A DNA stretch of 64,000 nucleotides, from contig NC_042997.1 of the NCBI RefSeq assembly GCF_006345805.1, positions 181,722,001 through 181,786,000 of the forward strand. The letters are read 5' to 3'. Within the stretch, counting starts at the first letter, position 1. Each line of letters starts with the position of its first letter. Below, piece after piece: positions 54,660-64,000 of the stretch. Source of the DNA: Octopus sinensis. Its lineage: Eukaryota. A program made the position numbers and the translations under genes. Below the pieces are notes generated by a model, which was given only the letters and a program-made list of their open reading frames with translations, searched no databases and was not told the DNA's origin.

Positions 54660-54717
54660 ATATATATATATATACATATACATATATATACATACATACA
54701 TATATATATATATATAC

Positions 54718-54748
<31 letters not shown>

Positions 54749-54902
54749 TATAGATAGATATATATATATAATAGATATATAATATATATATATTATATAT
54801 AGATATATATATACACACACAATATATATATATATATAAGTATATATATGTGTATATACATATATGTCTATATGTATATATATATATATATCTATATCTA
54901 TC

Positions 54903-54990
<88 letters not shown>

Positions 54991-55599
54991 GTATGTATGT
55001 ATATATATGTGTGTGTGTATTGTTTTGAGCTGTACAAACGTGGGACAGCCGTACTAAATACATGTAGTGAAGTTGTTAGATAAATACAGAGACAGGGCGA
55101 GCTTTAAAGATAGATAAATAGATGAAATCAATTAGATAGTCTTTATATATTGCAGCCAAGATCATGTGGCTGCCAGGGGCGAGGTAGTTGGCTGGAAAGT
55201 CGATTCCGCTTCTCATCACGGAAACTTGCTATGCATATATATGTATATGTGTGTGGTGGTATTGGTAGTAGTGGTCGCATTGTGTTGGCGTTGGTGGTGA
55301 TAATAGTAGTGAAAGTGGGGAGAGAGAGAGAGAGAGAGGCGGAGGGGAGAAAGAGAGAAAACAAACGAATAATAGAGAACTGAAGGATAAAAATCGGAAA
55401 TATGGTGGTCGGTGTCGTAAATGTGGTATTTTGTTGTTGTTGTTGTTGTTGTTGCTGCTGCTGCTGCTGCTTGTGGTAGTAGTGGCTGTAGTGGTGGTTG
55501 TGGTGGTGGTTTGGGGTTGGAGAGGAAAATCAATGAGTGAGGGGAGTATGAATGACTGGACAGTATTGAATATGTTTAGCGATGAATGTCTATGCTGGT

Positions 55600-55842
55600 G
55601 AGGATTATCATGACGAAGAGATGATGATGACGGTGATGGTGGTGGTGGTGGTGATGGTGGTGGTGGTGATGGTGGTGGTGGTGGTGGTGATGGTGGTAGT
55701 AGCAGCAGTAGTAACGACAACGTCTACGATGATGATGAGGATGATGATGGCGACGACGACGATGACGATGACGACAACGATGACGATGATGATGATGGTG
55801 ACGACGACGACGATGTTGATGATAATGGTGATGATATGATGA

Positions 55843-55876
<34 letters not shown>

Positions 55877-56525
55877 GGTGGTGGTAGTAGTAGTTGTAAC
55901 GACAACGTCTACGATGATGATGAGGATGATGATGGCGACGACGACGATGACGATGACGACAACGATGACGATGATGATGACGGTGACGACGACGATTATG
56001 TTGACGACGACGATGACGACGATGATGATGATGATGGTTATGATGATAACGACGAGGATTATAAAAGTGGAGATGATGGGGGCAATGGTCACATAGAGGC
56101 GGTGTTGGGTGATGTTGGATGCTATACGAGGAAAGACATAAGAAATAGACAAAAAGAAAGAAGCGGGTGTAGGTGACTTACGCAGTGGTGTTAGAATTGG
56201 TGTTGTTGTTGTTGTTGTTGTTGATGATGATGATGGTGGTGGTGGTGGTGGTGGTGGTGGTGTTGGTTATAATGATGGTGTTGGTGGTTTTGATGGTAAT
56301 GTTAGCAACAGTGATAAGTGTTAACGGTGCTGCTGTTGGTGGTGGTGCTGTCGCTGGTGTTTCTGCTCTTGTTGGTGGTGATAATGATGTTCGTGATGTT
56401 CGTCGCGTTGGTCGTGTCGGTGACGATGGTGGTAGTGGTGTTGGTGATGGTAATGTTTGTGAGAATGTTGGTGGTGTTGGCGATGATGGTGGCGGTAATG
56501 GCGTTGGCAGTGTTCATGGTGATAG

Positions 56526-56556
<31 letters not shown>

Positions 56557-56580
56557 GGTGGTGGTGGCTTTGGTGATGAT
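55600..56580. repeat. Degenerate GAT/GGT/GAC trinucleotide low-complexity tract with an internal duplication of ~185-bp period
   Basis: gtaacgacaacgtctacgatgatgatgagg repeated at 55711 and 55896. Confidence 0.85.
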
Positions 56581-57351
56581 GGGGAAGGAGTAGCTTTCAT
56601 TTTTTTCTTCTGACGGAAGGATGATTTAAGGAAAATCTTGCAGTCATTTCGTGCACTTTTTAACACCAGGTCAACCTTGATTGAAGAAACTCTATGATCA
56701 AAGATATTCCAGCCATGATCATCCCGTCTTTAACCTTATAAAATAGGGGATTGAAGCCTCACATTAGCCAACGTGGAATTTTTTTTCCTAAGACATTTAG
56801 TATGCTTTGGTTCCTATATCTGCGTCCAATGGATGGTGCTGAGTTGTGAAACATTTAAACCAAATTTTCTCAAAACAACTTGTCCGACCGTCCCATAGGC
56901 CTCCCCTTTGAGAAACACTGATTTAACCTAAATTTGAGACACCAGCAAGAGAAGAAATAAAGATAGACTTTTTTTCTATTCCAAAGAAAAACGATTTCCC
57001 ACGGCTTTATCGATCGCATTCTCACCTGGAATCGATTTTTGTAATTTTTTCAAGACTTATACACGACCTGATACCGTCGGTATCTACATATCAAATTTGA
57101 GCGCAATCGGATGGAGGATGCCCGAGATCCTAGAAGCCACACACACACACACACAGAACGGAATTTATATATGGTTCATTTGGTCAAACTATCGTATCTC
57201 CAGCTGTTGCAGATGCCAACATATCATAAATTATCAAAGTGTAGTACAACGGTTCTGGTATGGAATGGTGAAACTATTTTTTCGTTTTCTGAAAAAGCAG
57301 TGTTTTGGATTTACAACACTTTTGCATAATAACAACGATATACATATATAT

Positions 57352-57543
57352 ATCGCCATCCATGATAGATCGCTAGCCACTACACATTCTTTATTTTTTC
57401 CCCTTGTTTCTTTCTGTGTTCTTTTCTGAGGAAGAGCGTAGGCTCGAAACGTTAAAGACTTTTTCACTTCCCGAGCGTTATTATATCTGTTTGTTGTCTA
57501 CACCACCTGTCTTCGTCTTTTGTTTTCTTATGAATTCTCCCTA
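57352..57543 (+). mobile_element. ~200-bp HHR-bearing mini-element, copy 2 (HHR 57421-57458, canonical CUGAGGA)
   Basis: ctttt-CTGAGGA-a-gagc-gtag-gctc-GAAA-cg-TT-aaaga; (TA)n flanks. Confidence 0.75.
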
Positions 57544-58329
57544 TATATATATATATATATATATAACTATTCTAGTGTGTCAATATTTTAAGAAAATGAT
57601 GGTAATATTACTTTGTAAATTAGAATTAAATAATTTTTAATATTCAAATTTTCTAGCTGCAATATTTTACATTATTTACATCATTTATATTTGACGGATA
57701 TTTGTCCTTTTCTTGTTTGTTGTTACTTAGCGATCGTGATAACCACCACGAAGAAATGATCAAGTTAAGTGACAATCTATTAAGTAACAACTATCCCAAA
57801 AACATACTATCCACTCCAATTATGAAAAAAATGGAGGATGAAAACCAATAAACTGTATACAGTCTATCTATCCTATATGAAAGGCCTCTCCGAAAAGATA
57901 CAAAAGATATGCAGTCCATATGGCATCAGGACAGTATTCAAGAGTAGTGCAACACTTCGCAAATATCTCCTTCGAGTAAAACCACCAATAGAAGAGAATA
58001 TGATCAAAGACTGCATGTACTCCATCCCATGCAGTTGTGGTAGGTTATACAAAGGTGAAATATGCCGCCTCCTCAAAATAAGGGTAGACGAACATCACAA
58101 AGCTGTGACACGAGGAGATATTGACCAATTTCATACACGAGGAGATATTGATAAATCGGGTACACCACTGGAAAATACGAAAACTAAAAGAAGCAGCACA
58201 TATGTGAGGATTCAACAACCTCCTAAGCAAACCAAGTGCAGGTATTTGTAACATATGGGAACCTGTATTAAGGAAGGATAGGAAAATATTAGATTTATAA
58301 GCCCTAAAATTCGCTCCATAATTGTCCAC

Positions 58330-58388
58330 GGTAATATGGCGCAGTGGTTAAGAGCGCGGGCTACTAACCCTAAGTTCGAAATTTCCCC
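58330..58388 (+). promoter_or_regulatory. tRNA-derived segment (Pol III A box, partial B box) inside the PLE 3' region
   Basis: TGGCGCAGTGGttaagagcgc-ggg-ctactaa-ccc-taaGTTCGAA: D-arm-like and anticodon-arm-like folds; no acceptor stem. Confidence 0.6.
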
Positions 58389-58390
58389 AA

Positions 58391-58436
58391 GACACCTGAT
58401 GAAGGCTGGAGGGTATATCAGCCGAAATGTTGTGTT
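58391..58436 (+). ncRNA. Minimal hammerhead ribozyme, canonical core
   Basis: gacac-CTGATGA-a-ggctg-gagggtatat-cagcc-GAAA-tg-TT-gtgtt. Confidence 0.8.
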
Positions 58437-59200
58437 AACAACAAACAAGATGAGGACAATTATCCGTCAAATGTGAATAATGTACATAATTCCTCATCTC
58501 TTAAATATAGAACTGCAATATTTTAAGTAAAAATTTTCTTGTTCTGTATTTTACCAGATGTAATAAGTTGTCCTGAACTGTTCCAAGTGTAATAATCGGT
58601 CTTGTAGTTTTCCAGGATTATAATCTTAAAAATATTATTTCTCTTGCTCGCATTTTTCCAAATAATCCGTTTTTCCCAAGCTATGCCTGTATACTAATTA
58701 ATAATGTGTCAAATGTGTCAATTAGCAGTGTCGTTGATAATTTTTTCCTTGCCTCAACGTTAAAAGTCCCTTTATAGAACTATATTCATAAAGAAGGATA
58801 GAACTATATTATTACCCTCAAATTTGAGAAACAAACACTCAACTTTTTCCCTTCAAATTTTCATTTAATTTTTTTCACATTTTACTTCTCAACTTTTTTG
58901 ATACAAAATTTTGTTGCATGGGACCAAAACTAATATTCTTCATGCTTTCTTTTATCATCGAAGCTAAGATAAATATATTTTGCTTTTAAAATAAAAAAAG
59001 TTATTTAGATCTCAAATTGATTGATGGCTTGACTTACTCTCTTATAAAGTTGCAACAAATTTTGATGTAAGCTTTTTTTCTACTGGATCAAATCTCAATT
59101 TTTTATGCCAAAATGTAGCTAGGGACCAGCCCACTTCAAAAATGAATAAGCGACAAACACTGAAAGATGCTGCATGTGAGTAAATTAGTTGAATTTTATG

Positions 59201-59516
<316 letters not shown>

Positions 59517-60569
59517 GGCTACACGCACACACACACACAGATATAAATGCATGATATTGAAGGCATGTGGGCCTAGTGGTTTGGGTGTTGCACTCATGAT
59601 CGCTTGGTCATGGGTTCAATTCCCAGGCCGAGCGGCACAGTGTGTTCTTATTGAATATTATCTGTTTCAAAGACGGTGGGGTGTATTTTGGGGGAGATTT
59701 GGCGGCTATTTCTGGCGACCGGGTTCGAAATACCAGGTTGTAGGTCCCTCATTGGTTTGCTGGTTGCTGTGTTGTTGGTAATGGTACCAGTAGTGCCAGT
59801 ATCATGTTTTATAATGGTAGTTTCCTTATTGTTGCTCTATCTATTTGCTGTTATTCGTGTATTCGCTCTTGTTGTTGATGTTGTTTAGCTCCAAGGCAAT
59901 TCTGAACAGATAAACTAATGATCGACATCATGTAAGTCAAAATACGACGTTCCAAGTGTCCTTAATATTTTTAACATAATGTTGTACAATCTAAAGTACA
60001 ATTAGATCCTGTATCTCGAGAGACCATGCTGAAACTCATAGCGTCCCTGACGATAGGGGAAGTTCAATTCAAAGTTTGCAATAAAGCTATGGCAGGCAAT
60101 AGTAGAATGCTTCCATATGAAGAGAACGAGGATAATGAAACAGCGGGAAAATATAGTGGTGTTGAGGAATATAGGAGAGGTGGAGGAGGGTGAGCTAATG
60201 AATGAAGGAGGGAGAACTGGAGGGTTGTGGACTGGATGGGTGAAGGTTTTCGGATGGAAAGTTGTAATGTTGTGATAGAAGCAGAGAGGATTGTGTTGGT
60301 ATGGTGATAGGAAATCAATAAGAGACAAACAACAGCATTGGAAGAAATAATAGTGGTAAAATAAGCTCTAGCTGTGTCGGTTTTCAATGATGTGTGTGCG
60401 TTTTTATACATACGTATGAGTAACTATACGTGTGCACGCACACACACACACACACGATTGTGTGCGCGCTTGTCTGTGTATAGAAGCAGATCAGATGGAA
60501 AGTGTACTCACTACATGATTAGAACTTGTACTTATAAGTTAACGACTGACAAAAATTGATAATTGACTC

Positions 60570-61200
60570 GATTTTAATCGGAATTTCACACTCATGAATT
60601 GCGAGCGTGTTCATTCAGAGAATCTTGTAAATAATGGTTCGTGACATAACTCCCACAGAACATTATTTAAAATGATTTTTATTTGTAAAATTGAGTTGCG
60701 TGGAGCAAAAGGTTGTAGACCAGAACGCTGTTTAGAAAATATGGAGTTTTTAAATGTAAGCTATGTATAGGTGACTACCCATCCCAAGCGAGTAGTCGTC
60801 AATGGCATCTACTCCATCTAAGTCAGATTCGATGTCAATGAGTATATTTTGTGCAACCAAATGGAAAGGAGGCCTGGAAATTTCTCAAGAGAAGAATCCT
60901 CTGGTGAAAGCAATTGAAATTATTTCCATCCTCCGGTCCAGTCATTTCTGCTTTAAAATTCGGAATGTCTCAAGTAAGGAACTATATAGTTTAGTTTCAC
61001 GTTGACATATGGATTAGCTTTGTGTAAAATGCACTATGTTATTAGAGGGCAGTTAGATGATATAATGTCTAAGTTTCCAGGTATATTTGGATAAGGAAGT
61101 AGAAATTCTTGCTCTAAATGATTGAAGATACAGATGGGGTTATTGAGGTACTGGTTAGTTTACTTTTTTTCTCGGTAAAATAGTAAATATTTTGTTATCT
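60570..61200 (-). mobile_element. Decayed Neptune-type PLE 3' end with an HHR-like motif (60570-60624)
   Basis: FRARISTSLSKYTWKLR..ILHKANPY..LLETFRILK (endonuclease C-terminus, frameshifted); downstream gattct-CTGAATGA-acacgctc..gagtgt-GAAA-ttccga-TT-aaaatc. Confidence 0.55.
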
Positions 61201-61240
61201 CTCATTCCTTTCTTAGAATCAGTCACATATAAACTATATT

Positions 61241-61637
61241 CTTTTCTACTCTAGGCACAAGGCCCGAAATTTTGGGGAAGGGGGCCAGTCGATTAGATCA
61301 ACTCCAGTACGTAAGAGGTACTTAATTTATCGACCCCGAAAGGATGAAAGGCAAAGTCGACCTCGGCGGAATTTGAACTCAGAACATAAAAACAGACGGA
61401 ATACCTATTTCTTTACTACCCACAAGGGGCTAAACACAGAAGGGACAAACAACGACAGACAAACGGATTAAGTCGATTATATCGACCCCAGTGCGAAACT
61501 GGTACTTATTTAATCGACCCCGAAAGGATGAAAGGAAAAGCCTACCTCGGCGGAATTTGAACTCAGAACGTGGCGGCAGACGAAATACCTGTAAGCATTT
61601 CACCCGGCGTGCTAACGTTTCTGCCAGAACACCACCT
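61241..61637 (-). mobile_element. SINE family A heterodimer
   Basis: 18-bp TSD tcacatataaa(c/t)tatatt at 61223-61240 and 61638-61655. Confidence 0.9.
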
Positions 61638-61997
61638 TCACATATAAATTATATTGCAACAACAAACGAGACTGTTATTGTCTGCTAATCCATTTATATG
61701 GGAAGATAAAGACATTTATTGCTTAAAATATTGTAGCTAAAGAACGAAATGAAATTTCAGACTTATTTTACATTAATATAAAATATCGGTATATTTAAAT
61801 CAATGTATATATTGTATACAATATATGCTACGAGGGTGGGCTGAAAAGTTCGCGGGCTGACTATGGAGTGATGGTAGAGCTGTGAAATCTCGCATGCATT
61901 TATTTGAACCCAAGATGTAAAGACAGGCGAAGTATTTTGTCCGGCGTACTAAAGATTCTGCCTGCTCTCTGCCATAGTAATTATATGTTATATATAG

Positions 61998-62193
61998 GTT
62001 TCAAATTTTGGCGCAAGTTCAACAATTTCGGGGCGGATGTAAGTCGATTGCGTCGACCCTATTACTCAACTGGTACATGTTTTATCGACCCCGACAGGAT
62101 GAAAGGCAAGGTCGAATTCGGAACGTGAAGACGAACGAAATGCCGCTAAGCTTTTTGCTCGGTGTGCTAACGATTCTGCTATCTCGCTACCTT
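61998..62193 (-). mobile_element. SINE family A monomer, decayed
   Basis: Family core and head motifs. Confidence 0.75.
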
Positions 62194-62449
62194 AATATAT
62201 GTTATATATTAATATATGAAACAAACCTTCTGCTCTAATTATCGATGTTCCGTTTATTCTTTGCTAATGAACGATAGATAAGGAATACCAAGAATCTTTG
62301 CATGAAATTTCACATAAGCAACGAAAAAAAGATGCGGGTTTGATTTGAACCTGGGACCATAGTGTGCTGTCATTTGATCTAACACAATATGAACATGTAC
62401 TTTCTACAGAGAAAGTAACTCTGACCTGAAAGTAACACTGGGTTTACAG

Positions 62450-63350
62450 ACTATTTGATTCAAGAAGACTTATTCTTAACATTAAAATATACCAAATTCA
62501 GAAACAGGACAATACACTGCGAAAATAAACGACAACGAACAAAAAAAACAAAAAACAAAAAAAAAAAACAGACAATTAAAATTCAAACGGCAAAAATAAA
62601 AAAATATATACAAAGACTCGTTAAACACTAAGAAAATCAATAATGAAGACGCACCCGCAAGAGATAAAAGAAACAGCGAAACACAGGATTAAACTCCATC
62701 ATACAGAATTCTAATCAACAAAGCTGAAAATTAGGCTGTAAAATAGAGGTGAATACAAGAAAGCTTTAAGAATAGAAAAACCTAAAGTTGGAATGGTTGA
62801 TAATGAAATAATTAAAGAATTGAAATTGATAGATCTTCTTACAGACCAACTCCCTTCACGCGAAACTTTAAAAATAAGAGAAACAACAATGCTAAATAAA
62901 AACAAACCAACAAAAATAAACGCCATCTTGGACATCGTAAATGTATTGAAAATGGATACAAGCATCAATATCAGCATGATAAATAAAATAATCTATCACA
63001 GCCATAGGAGTTAGAGAATGAAGTGAGTACTTCCTCAAAACTTCTGCTATTTGGCCATTCAACTTTAAGAAAATGAATTGGAAAACAAATGTATAGAGAA
63101 CGATAGCCGAATAGCAAGTTATCTGTCAATTCATAACGAAATCAACAAGAAAATGACAGAAATTAAAAAAGATTGGTACAGGAAGAGAACATAAAGAAAC
63201 AGCTAAAACAAGAGATATTCAACTCGCTAAATCGCAAAGAGTTGATGTAAAATAAAAAGTGACAAGACTTTTTATGAGCAAAACAAACACTTTGACTCTT
63301 TGCCAAACGAGTTTATGTAGATCAAGGTAAACAGATAACAGGAATTAGTG
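62450..63350 (+). pseudogene. Possible decayed R4/Dong-type N-terminal region
   Basis: INAIL..I..INKIIY and FYEQNKHF resemble the region upstream of RT in R4-clade ORFs; heavily degraded. Confidence 0.4.
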
Positions 63351-64000
63351 CGTACCGCCAACTTCAAAAAAGAGTTGTTTTTTAAAAAAACACGCATTGC
63401 GGATATATCACAGATAGTGAGAATGACAAAACAAGTACAGCAGTTGAAAGATCGGGGGGAGGGGAATAGCAACCCAAGATGTAGTCCAGATACCAAGGGA
63501 CAAGCACTATAAAATAATAAACTCAAAATCTTCATGCAAAAATATCTAACAGATATGCATAAAGTATTTGCAAAGACAGCTAATGATATACTGAAAGTTA
63601 CAGAGGCAACATATATGTTTAACCAAGAGAAAAGGTCCAATCTTCTAAACGCTAAGAGGTCAACAAATCTTTCAAACTGGAATGTCCAACACACATTCAG
63701 AAAATTGATTTCTCCTTTACGTTTTTAGTCAAAAGTGTAAACGGTATCCATGATCCGCTAGAGAGCCTCTAATAATGGTGGGTGAGAGAGAGAGGAAGAT
63801 ATCCTCAAACCGGAAGCATGGCTCGAATGCATGCAGCAGAATGGACTACACTAAAGGCACCCAAGGTACCAGGCGATAGTGTTAAACTATGCGACAGGTA
63901 AAGCCTACCATCTGAGTAGGCCCTGGCGGAATTTGAGCTCAGAATGTATAGAGCGGGGTCAAGTATCACAAGACTGCCGATCCGCCAATCCACCACTTTT

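Larger units (their letters stand above)
57670..58512 (+). mobile_element. Truncated Penelope/Poseidon-type PLE
   Basis: LSYMKGLSEKIQKI..IRTVFKS..CMYSIPCSCGRLYKGEICR.LK.RVDEH (GIY-YIG); short inverted terminal copy about 57666-57725/58436-58486; 13-bp direct repeat ctgcaatatttta at 57657-57669 and 58513-58525. Confidence 0.85.

Noticed and set aside
55229-56613. His/Pro/Thr/Gly-rich ORFs resembling a transcription-factor exon
   Set aside because: Trinucleotide low complexity open in multiple frames, with no domain or splice support.
57838-58251. Selenocysteine-recoded (Naiad-type) PLE
   Set aside because: No in-frame TGA at conserved Cys positions seen in either GIY-YIG remnant.
60028-60060. 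GAAA..TA..CTGACGA permuted hammerhead
   Set aside because: No convincing stem I or stem II pairing.

Overview
AT-rich, microsatellite-dense eukaryotic DNA, probably intergenic or intronic. The repeat families suggest a cephalopod (Octopus-like) genome; this is an inference, not verified. No intact host protein-coding gene is evident, and most of the ORF track comes from microsatellites. The window is a patchwork of transposable elements: R4/Dong-type LINEs (RT plus restriction-like endonuclease) in (TAA)n arrays, CR1- and RTE-type LINE 3' ends, Penelope-like elements (PLEs: Neptune- and Poseidon-type GIY-YIG/RT remnants), Tc1/mariner/maT, hAT and Helitron remnants, and several tRNA-derived SINE families, one of which moves as TSD-flanked multimers. 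The main hidden signal is at least 9 clear plus several degenerate minimal type-I hammerhead ribozyme (HHR) motifs from several unrelated families. Most lie in PLE pseudo-LTRs or in small non-coding elements, often with inverted repeats. They have palindromic stem-III loops and unusual cores (U3:A8 covariant, CUGUUGA), and one sits directly behind a tRNA-like Pol III promoter. All folds and alignments were done by eye; coordinates of decayed elements are approximate.
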